The notes under the pieces are model-generated. The model saw only the letters and a program-made list of their open reading frames with translations, ran no database searches and was not told where the DNA came from. A program made the translations under genes and the position numbers. Of a stretch of 64,000 nt of DNA, positions 9,447 to 18,835 are shown in pieces. The stretch spans positions 11,314 through 75,313 of the forward strand of contig JAUYMS010000041.1 in the NCBI GenBank assembly GCA_030698625.1, written 5' to 3'. The stretch comes from Candidatus Omnitrophota bacterium. GTDB taxonomy: Bacteria > Omnitrophota > Omnitrophia > Omnitrophales > Aquincolibacteriaceae. Within the stretch, counting starts at the first letter, position 1. Each line of letters starts with the position of its first letter.

Positions 9447-9512
9447 TAGATAGCGGTGCCCTCTCTGCGTCTGAAAGGGAGATAGTTATCAAAGTCACCG
9501 CCTCCGTTAATG

Positions 9513-11804
9513 TTAGCCAATCTGTCGCACTTCCAGAGTCGACAAGTTCACTTCGTAGATCATGGTGACGCCGTCGACCACGGCTTCGATAATCGCAATG
9601 CCCGGCAGCCATTGAATTAATCGGAGCGTGAGCCCCGTCGTGAAATGCGGGATTTCAACTTTGACCGACGGGTCGTCGAGACTTTGCACAACGATGGTTA
9701 TGTCCTTGGGATTGCCGGCATAGCCGCCGTCGGGCGAAACATCGTAAACATCACTGAACGCGTCGCGAAACCCGACGCCTTTACTCATGTTCACGAGTTC
9801 CGTTTCTTCGCCTGTCAGAATATTCACCACCGCAAGCCGCTGCTGATACCACCCCGAAAAGCCCGAGTAGGTATAGGAGTCGATAAACCAATAATCCGGA
9901 TTACTGGCGGAGGGAACAAACACTCCGGTTAAAGGAGATTCGAGTCCGAAAATATGCGTCTCGAGATGTCCGGGAACATCATAGACCGCATACTTGCCGT
10001 CGAGGATCACGTCGTGATTCTGAGTGCCGTCGGTAAACGTGATGATTTGGCTTTCTCCGGTCCGAAAATCCATTACTTCTAAAATGCCGTCCCTGCGGAA
10101 TCCGAAACGGGGATCTGAGGGGGCCGGCGCCCACCCTGAAAAATCGACAGGGACATGGGTAAACTCCATCGCCCCCGTCTGCTGCGGCCCTTCTACGATC
10201 ACGAAGATCATGCGAAGGCGCGTGAGATCGATCCCCTGTAAATACGAAGCGGGAATGCGATACATTAATTCTTGGTCAGGCCGGATGCCCTCGACGTAAA
10301 CCGCACGCTTATTGTCAAAGGCATCGACAAACTCCAATTTTACGGTGGCGGCATCACCTTTGAGACCGAATACAAATTCGGGATATCCGCCGGCATCAAA
10401 TGACTCAACCACGGCAGTCGCAAAATCATCAAAGGTCAATCCGCTCCCGGCCCAGGTCGCGTTATTGGTTTGATAATCCATATGCAATCCCCTAGCCGTA
10501 GCCGTTGACGTAACCGTGGCCTCGACAGGCGCGATCACCATCGCGGATGCGGGGGGCAGCTGCGTGTGGTCTGAAAGCAATCCGTCGTCGACCGGAACCA
10601 CCCCGGGAATAATACCCTTGGAAGGCGTTTGATAGAGGATGTCGAGAGTTCCCGTCTCATAGGCCCCTTCGAGAATGAAATACATGATCCGAATTCTCGT
10701 GAGATCAATGCCTGAGAAAGCCGCTGTCGGGATATTCCAAAACTGAGTCGTATCGGACTCGATTCCGGATAGATAAATTACGGCTCTTTGGTTCCATTCA
10801 TCGATGACTTCGAGTTTCACTTGTGCCGCGTCACCGCGAAGACCGATGATCAATTCCGGATAGTAGCGCATATCCACGGTTTCGGTCTGAGCGGTCGAGA
10901 AATCATCGAAGGTCAGTCCCCCGCCTGACCAGCCGTCGGCCCCGTTTGCGTAGTTAAGGCGCACTCCCCGTGAAGTCGTCTCGATAGCCGTTTGAGAATC
11001 CGGAGGCGCGACCACCGTCTGCTGCGGCAAATAGGTACCGTTGGTGCTCCAGGTCTCGGGAAGTCGCGTGACCTGATTCACGGTTAGATCAGCGTCCGGA
11101 TTGACCGATCCTGCCTCAACCGGCTGAATGTTCATTTCCAGTTTCCCGGTTTGATACTGACCTTCCACGATAAAATACAGAAGCCGCGTGTTGCTCAGAT
11201 CCACCCCTTGAAACCGGCTGGTATCGATGACCCACACCTGCTCCTGCTGCGAAAGAATTCCCGTTAAATGAACGGAACTTTTATTGTTATTCACGTCCAC
11301 AATTTCAAACTTGAGGGTCGAGACATCGCCCTTAAGCCCGATGATAAGCTGTGATGTTGCGGACAAATCCATGGATCCGGCCGAATCGAACGAAAACCCG
11401 CCTCCGGCCCAACCCGCCCATGATGTGTCATAGTTCATGACAGCGCCGCGTCCCGTCGGCGAAATCGAAGCCATCCAAGACTGAGCCGAGACCGTTACGG
11501 GATCGGGATCCGGAACCGGCAAAGGCTCAATATCGGTGACATCCTTATCTTGTGAAGGACTTATGGGCCCCTCCGCCGATGCCGCAGAAAGCGGCCCGTC
11601 GGGAACGGTTGAATCCGAAACGACCGCCACGGCCTCTTCGGCAGATGCCTTGTCTTCGGCTGCCGCAAGGCTCATCACAGGTGTGAATTGCCCCATTGCG
11701 TTTTGACCGATGGTCTGTTCGGCATAACCGATAGGCGAAACGCTTGTGACCATAAAGAAAATAACTGTTGTTAAAGCGAGTTTCGAAAGTGGATTGTTTT
11801 TCAT
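9513..11804 (-). CDS. Secreted protein with three tandem CBM-like domains (paralog of 890..2980)
   Basis: Signal peptide; three repeats RG...Y....W(A/S)G.G..FD..., GL(K/R)GD...K.E..D, DL...R...I(V/L)EG; beta-rich C-terminal region. Confidence 0.7.
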   Translation of the reverse strand: MKNNPLSKLALTTVIFFMVTSVSPIGYAEQTIGQNAMGQFTPVMSLAAAEDKASAEEAVAVVSDSTVPDGPLSAASAEGPISPSQDKDVTDIEPLPVPDPDPVTVSAQSWMASISPTGRGAVMNYDTSWAGWAGGGFSFDSAGSMDLSATSQLIIGLKGDVSTLKFEIVDVNNNKSSVHLTGILSQQEQVWVIDTSRFQGVDLSNTRLLYFIVEGQYQTGKLEMNIQPVEAGSVNPDADLTVNQVTRLPETWSTNGTYLPQQTVVAPPDSQTAIETTSRGVRLNYANGADGWSGGGLTFDDFSTAQTETVDMRYYPELIIGLRGDAAQVKLEVIDEWNQRAVIYLSGIESDTTQFWNIPTAAFSGIDLTRIRIMYFILEGAYETGTLDILYQTPSKGIIPGVVPVDDGLLSDHTQLPPASAMVIAPVEATVTSTATARGLHMDYQTNNATWAGSGLTFDDFATAVVESFDAGGYPEFVFGLKGDAATVKLEFVDAFDNKRAVYVEGIRPDQELMYRIPASYLQGIDLTRLRMIFVIVEGPQQTGAMEFTHVPVDFSGWAPAPSDPRFGFRRDGILEVMDFRTGESQIITFTDGTQNHDVILDGKYAVYDVPGHLETHIFGLESPLTGVFVPSASNPDYWFIDSYTYSGFSGWYQQRLAVVNILTGEETELVNMSKGVGFRDAFSDVYDVSPDGGYAGNPKDITIVVQSLDDPSVKVEIPHFTTGLTLRLIQWLPGIAIIEAVVDGVTMIYEVNLSTLEVRQIG

Positions 11805-11844
11805 ATTGTTGTCCTGTTAAATTTATTTTATTGTCCTGCGAACG

Positions 11845-12876
11845 CTAAACTTCTCGGACTGATCCCCGCTCAACAATCGAAACCGGGGAATAACAAGGTT
11901 TGCAAAACCCCGCATCCTTTTTGTGTCTTATCTGTTCGATAAGATCCGTGGCCGCTTTTTTGGCCAAATCATAAACAGGCGCCTGCACGGTCGTAAGCGG
12001 CGGGGAGGAGTGCTCCGTGCGCATATCGTCGTCATAACCCATGACGGAAAGTCTCCCCGGACAGTCAACGCCGCGTTCGCGAAGCCGCCTAAGAATACCC
12101 AGCGCTTGAATATCGTTCATACAAAATACGGCCGTAAACTCCGGCTTACGGGCCAGCAGGTCGTCGGTAATCTCGTAAGCCCGCTGCTCGTCAAAGTCGA
12201 CCTTAAAAATCGAATCGTCATCGACCGTAATTCCCTTTTCTTCCAGGTAAGTTTTAAATCCCCTGAACCGCTCGCGGATGTCGGGCGAATACGGTATGCC
12301 GTAAAGGGTGGCGATACGGCGGTGCCCATGATCGTACAGGTATTTCGCGGCCATTCGCCCCCCGCTGAAATGATCGCCGGCTACAAACCGGGCTTTTATG
12401 TCCTCTTCTACGTTATTGATGATGACGCTCGGGATTGTGAACCGGTTAAACACTTGGCCGCCGGAAAATATGGTTCGCCAATAAGTAAGGATCACTCCGT
12501 CGACACCTTCCCCGTCTTTGATGTTGTAGTGATCCCATCTCGGTTTCTCGGGTTTCATGAGAATCATTTTTAAGCGAAACTCCGTATCCAGAAGAGCGTC
12601 GGCAACGCCCGATATGATTTGGGAGTAGTATTCGGAAAGAAGAATTCCCGTATGATGCGGGAACACGACCCCGATCGCCTGATAGGCGGTCTTTCTAAGA
12701 TTTTGCGCAGCAAGATTCGGGGTGTAGTGGCACTTCTTGACGAGGGCATCGATTTTTTTTAGGGTTTGAGGGGCCACCTTATGCCTTGTTTCGGGATTCA
12801 GGACTCGCGAGATCGTCGCGATTGATACCCCAGCCTTGGCCGCCAATTCACGTATGTCGTTTTTTGTCTTTTCCAT
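11845..12876 (-). CDS. LacI-family transcriptional regulator (paralog of 3071..4114)
   Basis: HTH DIRELAAKAGVSIATISRVLN, YTPNLAAQNL, SVMGYDD...PPLTTV. Confidence 0.95.
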   Translation of the reverse strand: MEKTKNDIRELAAKAGVSIATISRVLNPETRHKVAPQTLKKIDALVKKCHYTPNLAAQNLRKTAYQAIGVVFPHHTGILLSEYYSQIISGVADALLDTEFRLKMILMKPEKPRWDHYNIKDGEGVDGVILTYWRTIFSGGQVFNRFTIPSVIINNVEEDIKARFVAGDHFSGGRMAAKYLYDHGHRRIATLYGIPYSPDIRERFRGFKTYLEEKGITVDDDSIFKVDFDEQRAYEITDDLLARKPEFTAVFCMNDIQALGILRRLRERGVDCPGRLSVMGYDDDMRTEHSSPPLTTVQAPVYDLAKKAATDLIEQIRHKKDAGFCKPCYSPVSIVERGSVREV

Positions 12877-12888
12877 ATCCGTTCTCTT

Positions 12889-12934
12889 ATGTAAACGTTT
12901 ACATCATAGTACCGCATAATGTCCCGTTCGTCAA
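12889..12934 (-). promoter_or_regulatory. lacI promoter TTGACG-17-TACTAT with 16-bp operator ATGTAAACGTTTACAT
   Basis: -35 at 12934-12929, -10 at 12911-12906, perfect palindrome at 12889-12904. Confidence 0.8.
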
Positions 12935-13056
12935 TGATCAGGTGTAAAAACGTCCGAGAATAATCGTTCACTATCTATAGGTTTAAGAGTTAAGCTATGA
13001 ATCGCGGCGGGCCGTATATCTTCACCTGTCCTAACAGAGACAGTTAACCCGTAGAC

Positions 13057-14400
13057 TTAGGAGTAGGGTTTCTTCATGAAAGACAGGATGTTCCATTCCC
13101 GGTTTCGGCCGATGAGCGGACGAATGCCCAGGACACTAAAAAACAAGTCGGCGTTCGATGCCGGGCGGACCCCCTTACGGACTTCCTGGAAATGACCGGA
13201 GAGGAAAAAATGCGCGGCGAACCTGAGAGAACCCGACAATAAGAACAGGGTCAGAAGCGGAAACCCGAAAATAGGCGGGAGCCTTTCGGCCAGAAAACCT
13301 CCCAAGGCTGCTCCCAAAAAAACAGCAGACCCGTTGATGAAGTTAAAATACCCCAGACAGCGGACTCGTTTCGCCGGAGTGACCGCATCAAAAATATAAT
13401 TAGCGGCGCTCAGAGTGAACCCTCCCCACACAAATCCCGAAAACGATTCGACCCCGATCAAATAAAAAGGGTTTTTTGAGACCAGCCATAAAAAGGGAAT
13501 CACGGGGATGAGTACGCTGACGGTTTTCAACACCCTTGCGTTACCCACATGATCAGCGTGACTGCCCCATATCGGAAAGCTGATGAAGCCGGTAATCACC
13601 GCGGACATATGCACGCTCATATAAGTTAAGTAGCTGAACTGCAGGTCTTTGAGCATATAGACACTGAAATAAGGCGAGGCAAGCTGGGTTGCGAACGTGA
13701 TGGATGCGACATATAAGACATAGCGAACATAATTACTGCGGCGGAAACCGCGAATGAACTGCAGGAACGTGAAATGGGATCCGGGTTTGTCCTCCATGGG
13801 ACGATCGGCCATTTGTTGAAAAAGATAGCAGGAAAAAAAACGGCAACCGGCAATGCCGATAAAGAGAACAAAAAAACCAAGGGCCAGAAAATATTTTTCA
13901 GCATAATACAGTAGAATGCCGGCAAAGCATAGGCCTCCCACGCCCGCAATGCCTGCCACCTGGGCCCGCCACCCGAGATAACGGCCTCTTTGGGTCGGCT
14001 GCAAATACTCGCTAACCAGGCTGCCCCAAGCCGTGCCGATTAAATTCGCAAGGATCCTGAAAATTGAGGTCATCACGATCAGCGCGAGGATCCTGCCCGG
14101 AAACGGAATTAAAGCCAGGGACGCCACCGGGATCAAGAACGCGGCCTGGATTTTTGAGCCCTCGACCAAACACCGCAACCGGCTCCCCATCTTTTTGACG
14201 ACTTGTACCGCAATCAACTGAGATAAAGACCCCAGAAGGTGCGGAATCGCCACAAGAAATCCGATTTCCACCGGCGTCGCCCCTAAAAACAAGGCAAAGG
14301 GCACCAAATAATAGTCCAGCACCACCAACATGATGTTGGCCGGAATGCCTTCTCTCCAGGATGCTTCCAAACTTTTTCTTATCGAATCAGATATTTGCAT
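13057..14400 (-). CDS. MFS transporter
   Basis: About 12 TM helices, WGS..SE.L....RG.Y.G.R and WG..AD..G motifs. Start moved to ATG 14400 to avoid overlapping the ArnT gene. Confidence 0.85.
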   Translation of the reverse strand: MQISDSIRKSLEASWREGIPANIMLVVLDYYLVPFALFLGATPVEIGFLVAIPHLLGSLSQLIAVQVVKKMGSRLRCLVEGSKIQAAFLIPVASLALIPFPGRILALIVMTSIFRILANLIGTAWGSLVSEYLQPTQRGRYLGWRAQVAGIAGVGGLCFAGILLYYAEKYFLALGFFVLFIGIAGCRFFSCYLFQQMADRPMEDKPGSHFTFLQFIRGFRRSNYVRYVLYVASITFATQLASPYFSVYMLKDLQFSYLTYMSVHMSAVITGFISFPIWGSHADHVGNARVLKTVSVLIPVIPFLWLVSKNPFYLIGVESFSGFVWGGFTLSAANYIFDAVTPAKRVRCLGYFNFINGSAVFLGAALGGFLAERLPPIFGFPLLTLFLLSGSLRFAAHFFLSGHFQEVRKGVRPASNADLFFSVLGIRPLIGRNREWNILSFMKKPYS

Positions 14401-14423
14401 TATCCCTCTATATAGAATCCGGA

Positions 14424-16100
14424 CTACGCAGACGACGGGCGGTTGGAGATAAGTATTTTTCCGTATTCGTCTTTGACGATGTGGTAGGTATCGACGCCGG
14501 TGCGCTGGCGCATGACTTGCAGTCTTTCTTTTTCCAGCAGACAATACACTTGTTTCTCTTTCCGGTTAAACATCGCGCCAAACACGTGTGCCGGCAGAAA
14601 CCATTCGCTTGATTCCCCCTGGTGGTCTTCGTCGATGCTCCCCTGGTCTAAGGTGCCTCTGTCCCCGCCGACCGTGACGATTCTTCGTTTAAGATAAAAC
14701 GGGAGATCAGAAAAACGGTCGGGGGAAGCAAAGACGGCCACCACGGTCTCCGGTGTTAATTGCGGCGCTATCTCCGAAGCAAAGGCGTAGGTGCTCTCGA
14801 GCGGACTCAGCTTGACCATGCCGGTAAAAATAACGAGAAGCACGGTGTAGATCATGCCGGACAGGCTCAAGATCGTCATGTCTTTACGTTTTTTGCGAAG
14901 CGCCCACAGACATAGCACCCCTCCCGCCGCCACCGCAAGGCTCCCCGTAAAAATGGTTGTCTTCAACATCACCATCTCCGGTTCACGCACCGCATAAACC
15001 GCAATGTTTAAACCGAAAAACCCCAACACACACACGACGCCGATAAACCCCATAGCGTAATGCAGCCATTTGCGCTCATTTTCGTGAAGGCGATCGGCTT
15101 TCCATGCCGCAAGAAGACCGGCGACCAGAATCGCCACAGGCACGCAGATCGGAACAATGTAGTACGGCAGTTTCCCCCTCGGAATACTGAAAAAAATAAA
15201 AATGACCGTGATCCAGCTCACGAGATATTTCGTTTTATCCCGCTCAATTTCTTCCCCCTTTAACCCCTGCAGCACGGCCGACGGCACAAGTAGTGCCCAC
15301 GGAAAGGTCACGACAACCGCGACGTAAGAGAAAAACCAGAACGGCCGGCTTCTCCCGAAACCGCCTGAGGCAAATCGCTCGAAGTGATGTTTCAAGATAA
15401 ATACGTCGAGAAACTCGGGTTCTACCCAGGACACGGCAACCACCCACGGGGCCACGACGAACAGCAGAATCACAATGCCCCAACCCAGGGAAACCCGCTT
15501 TATTTCCTCCAACCGCCCCGTCCAAACAAGAAAGACAAAGAAGATTAGCCCGGGTAAGACGACGCCGATCAACCCCTTGGTTAAAACGGTCAACCCCATA
15601 AAAAAATAGGCCCAGAGATAATTCGCCCGGCGCTGATCAAAATAGCCGCTCATCAGAAACAGAATTGAGGTGCTGAGCAGGAGAATCATCTGCATATCAA
15701 TCACCGCAAATCTGCCGACGAGGACATAGCCGATTGAGGTTAAGAGAAGCAGCGAGGCCAGCCTGGCCGTGGTATCAGAAAACAGGCGGCGCGTGAAAAT
15801 GTAGGTGACCAGAATGCCTAACAGGGCGGACAATATGGAAGGCAGCCGCAGAACAAGATCGGCTTCGCCGAGCAACCCGACAAACAGAGATGCCGCATAC
15901 GGCGCCAGAATCGGTTTTTCCAGATACTCCACGTAATTAAAATGCGGGACAATGAAATTCCTGCTCTCGAACATTTCCCTCGCTATTTCAGCGTAACGGC
16001 CTTCGTCAGAGGACCAAAGAGGTATAAGGTCCGCAACGAAGAAAAAAAGGAAAAAGCAGGCAAACACAAACCCCACGACGGGGAGTACTCTTTTTATCAT
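14424..16100 (-). CDS. ArnT/GT-C family (GT83-like) glycosyltransferase
   Basis: DEGRYAEIAREM, Y.EKP, RLPS, LTKG..G..LP, H..RF and KLPYY motifs. Confidence 0.9.
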   Translation of the reverse strand: MIKRVLPVVGFVFACFFLFFFVADLIPLWSSDEGRYAEIAREMFESRNFIVPHFNYVEYLEKPILAPYAASLFVGLLGEADLVLRLPSILSALLGILVTYIFTRRLFSDTTARLASLLLLTSIGYVLVGRFAVIDMQMILLLSTSILFLMSGYFDQRRANYLWAYFFMGLTVLTKGLIGVVLPGLIFFVFLVWTGRLEEIKRVSLGWGIVILLFVVAPWVVAVSWVEPEFLDVFILKHHFERFASGGFGRSRPFWFFSYVAVVVTFPWALLVPSAVLQGLKGEEIERDKTKYLVSWITVIFIFFSIPRGKLPYYIVPICVPVAILVAGLLAAWKADRLHENERKWLHYAMGFIGVVCVLGFFGLNIAVYAVREPEMVMLKTTIFTGSLAVAAGGVLCLWALRKKRKDMTILSLSGMIYTVLLVIFTGMVKLSPLESTYAFASEIAPQLTPETVVAVFASPDRFSDLPFYLKRRIVTVGGDRGTLDQGSIDEDHQGESSEWFLPAHVFGAMFNRKEKQVYCLLEKERLQVMRQRTGVDTYHIVKDEYGKILISNRPSSA

Positions 16101-16819
16101 GCCGGGTCCTTTTCATAATGATAGATGAACGACGCAGAACACAGGCCCACCCAGACGGCCAAAAACACGTCTGAGGGCCAGTGTTTGTTGGCATAAACCC
16201 TCGCAAAGGCCGTGCACAAAGGTAAGAGGATGAGAAACCAGCGGGAGAAGTGTGCGTTTACCTTGAAGAGAAAAAAAGCGATCGCGGCGACAATCGCGAC
16301 ATCGCCCGAAGTGAAGCTTTGATAGACCCGGGCATCCTTCAAGACGCCGTCGAAATTAAAAAAAGACAGGTGTCCGAAATCCCCGTAAGGTCTTGCGCGC
16401 AGAAACAGGAACTTCAGGGCAAAACTCAGTGCCGCCGCTAAAACGGCTGAGAGACACGCGCCGAAGGCCGCATTTGAGAGCGCCTTTCGGCGCGCCAGAA
16501 GGCCTGCGCAGTATAAGAAGGCCAAAAACATCCACGGGTGAATGTTCCGGCCGAGCATTCCGCCAAAGGACCCTAGAAAAGCAGCGACAGGGTGCTGCCA
16601 GGACCTAGCCGCGCTCATTAAGGCAGGGTCCAAAAGCATGATGCAAGCCAAGAGAGGAACAACCGGAATCAGAATGCCCCTTAGGTAAAATTTCCGCCCC
16701 ACGGCGCCTGCATAGGCCGCTATCCTGCGAAAATAGCCCGCGCGCCACTGCCCGATAAGGACCGCGGCAATAATGATGATGGTAATAATTTTGGGCAATG
16801 CCCCGATAAATCGCGTCAT
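16097..16819 (-). CDS. PAP2-family membrane phosphatase
   Basis: K......RP, SFTSGD (variant of SFPSGH) and ARVY...HWPSDV motifs. Confidence 0.85.
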   Translation of the reverse strand: MTRFIGALPKIITIIIIAAVLIGQWRAGYFRRIAAYAGAVGRKFYLRGILIPVVPLLACIMLLDPALMSAARSWQHPVAAFLGSFGGMLGRNIHPWMFLAFLYCAGLLARRKALSNAAFGACLSAVLAAALSFALKFLFLRARPYGDFGHLSFFNFDGVLKDARVYQSFTSGDVAIVAAIAFFLFKVNAHFSRWFLILLPLCTAFARVYANKHWPSDVFLAVWVGLCSASFIYHYEKDPA

Positions 16820-17502
16820 AAGGCAAAACTCAGCAGCCGGTTAATTTTCTTTTCGTGCTTCATTCTAAAAAATTCAAACTCCGGGGTGAGTTGGTATACG
16901 CCCCTGGAAACACCCTTAAACCAACCCAAATGGTTATTATACAAAATAGACACCGTGTTTTCGATATCGAGTTTTGTTTTGAGCTCTTGAGTAGAGGAGG
17001 CGCCGTGTTCGAATAAATACATCGCAACACGTATCGCCTTTTCCTTATAAACCGTGAAGAGGGGCTCTTTCGTGCTCCCCCCCTGATTGAGATCGATGCT
17101 CCGGCCCTTAAATTCTTTGACCGCCAAATTTTTCTTGGTGTAATTTTTCCGCTTTTTAAATTCCGAAGGCTCAAACTCGACAACGACTTGTTTTTTTGTC
17201 TGCTCATCCAAAGTGATAAGACCGCAATGGAGCCGTTTTAAAAGACCGCACATCCGCTTATAAGATTTCGGCCACCGCCCGCCCTTTTTCAAGGGGACAT
17301 AGGCATACACCTGCTCGGTCATCTTGAGACGCTCGATGAGTTGGTAAACAAGCTGGAGATTAAATGCGAGCTTCATCTCAACAATAAGAAGCTCCCCGCC
17401 CTTTTGGGCCATCACATCCACGCCCTCCACCTCGGAATGGACGAGATACCCCTCGTTTTCTAAATATTTCTTAAGGGGCTTGTACATCTCGACTTCTTTC
17501 AT
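16816..17502 (-). CDS. DUF2161-family putative PD-(D/E)XK nuclease-like protein
   Basis: MKE.E.Y.PLK.YLE..GY.V.SEV...DV, VEMKL.FNL.L..Q, EF.GR..D.N.GGST, Y.N..GWF...RG.Y.LT. Confidence 0.8.
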   Translation of the reverse strand: MKEVEMYKPLKKYLENEGYLVHSEVEGVDVMAQKGGELLIVEMKLAFNLQLVYQLIERLKMTEQVYAYVPLKKGGRWPKSYKRMCGLLKRLHCGLITLDEQTKKQVVVEFEPSEFKKRKNYTKKNLAVKEFKGRSIDLNQGGSTKEPLFTVYKEKAIRVAMYLFEHGASSTQELKTKLDIENTVSILYNNHLGWFKGVSRGVYQLTPEFEFFRMKHEKKINRLLSFAL

Positions 17503-17512
17503 CGGCGGGTTC

Positions 17513-17806
17513 CTATTTTTGCTCATACTCGCAAAGATAGGCGGTATCCTGCATCACCTTCGCTTTAAACTTTGAGTTTGCAGGGACATCAAACGAGGCG
17601 CCTTCACCAAACTCTTCCCACTCCCCTTCTTCCGCGAAATACACCGACAACTCCCCGGAGACAACCGTCATTGTCTCTTTTGTCGTCGTATTGAATTCAT
17701 ATTCTCCCGGCATCATCACACCGACGGTCCGTTTTCCTTTATTCGAATTAACAACCAAAGATTTTACGTTACCGTCAAAATACTCATTCACTTCAACCAT
17801 CTTCAT
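17513..17806 (-). CDS. ppnP: Pyrimidine/purine nucleoside phosphorylase
   Basis: VNEYFDGNVKS, TVGVM.PGEY.F.T...E.M.VVSG, F.VPANS.F, T.YLCEY. Confidence 0.9.
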   Translation of the reverse strand: MKMVEVNEYFDGNVKSLVVNSNKGKRTVGVMMPGEYEFNTTTKETMTVVSGELSVYFAEEGEWEEFGEGASFDVPANSKFKAKVMQDTAYLCEYEQK

Positions 17807-18318
17807 TCTCCTTTTTTATCATTATTGGTTAGTGGTGTCAGTGCCTTTTTCCATAAAGACACTTTCTCGGCGAGCTTGGTCGTATGCGCCCGGCTTGAGG
17901 AGGGCACATAGGCATAATCGGTTGCCCCGCGATTCCGGAAATTCCGGAGAAACTGCTCTTCCGTCTTTTTGCCGTTCAAAAGGATCTTCGTGACACGCGG
18001 GTTCCTCTTGAGGAAGCGGCCGATGTCATTAACAACGGAATCCTTAATCGCTGCATCCAGCGAACCGACCCGCTCACACGACTTGAAGACATCCCATAAA
18101 GCAATTTTATGCTTTCCTAGGAATGCCTTCTTTGCCGCATAATCTTCCGGCATCGGGCCGCCGAAGACCGCGGAGAGAATCCTCCAAAAATCGTTCTGAG
18201 GATTGCCGTAGTACTCCCTGCGAGCCAGCGACATCTTACCCGGCATAGACCCAAGAATCAGAGTCCGTGCCCCGTTCTCGTTCAGCGGTGAAAATGATTT
18301 TAGCCGTTTTTTATTCAT
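17803..18318 (-). CDS. DNA-deoxyinosine (hypoxanthine) glycosylase, UDG superfamily
   Basis: LILGSMPG..SL...YY.NP.N.FW, IALWDV...C.R.GSLD..I, NG and PSSS.A motifs. Confidence 0.9.
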   Translation of the reverse strand: MNKKRLKSFSPLNENGARTLILGSMPGKMSLARREYYGNPQNDFWRILSAVFGGPMPEDYAAKKAFLGKHKIALWDVFKSCERVGSLDAAIKDSVVNDIGRFLKRNPRVTKILLNGKKTEEQFLRNFRNRGATDYAYVPSSSRAHTTKLAEKVSLWKKALTPLTNNDKKGE

Positions 18319-18472
18319 TTTAGATGCGGGTCCCCCTTAGCTCCCGACAACTGCGCCTATTATAGGGCCCGCCGGCCTGCAATCAAGACCCCCCTGGGCT
18401 TGGGGGGCTCGCGTTAGGCTCTTGCGTGGGGGGCCGGAAATCTGATAAACTTTGGGATTACCCTGCTTAAAT

Positions 18473-18550
<78 letters not shown>

Positions 18551-18566
18551 GAACTCATGATAAAAT

Positions 18567-18610
18567 AAGGCCTTGTGAGTAAGAATACTCACAAGGCCTT
18601 TTCTTTTTTT
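18567..18610 (+). terminator. Intrinsic terminator after tRNA-Pro
   Basis: AAGGCCTTGTGAGTA-AGAA-TACTCACAAGGCCTT followed by a T-rich tract. Confidence 0.8.
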
Positions 18611-18835
18611 GGCCATACCGAGATGATTTGCCTAGATTCTGCCTGAATTTTTCCCGTCACAGATGCGATGCATCCTCTTTTCCCAATATGCCGAGTTAGT
18701 CAAAACCTGAAGCAAATGAAGACATTTTTTGAATCGGTTCCGGTTCTCCCCGGGACGGGGATTGAGGAATGAGTTGTACTGAAAGGTACCGCCTATTGGG
18801 GAAGTCCAGATCGGTGATAGTTGTGACGGCGCAAG

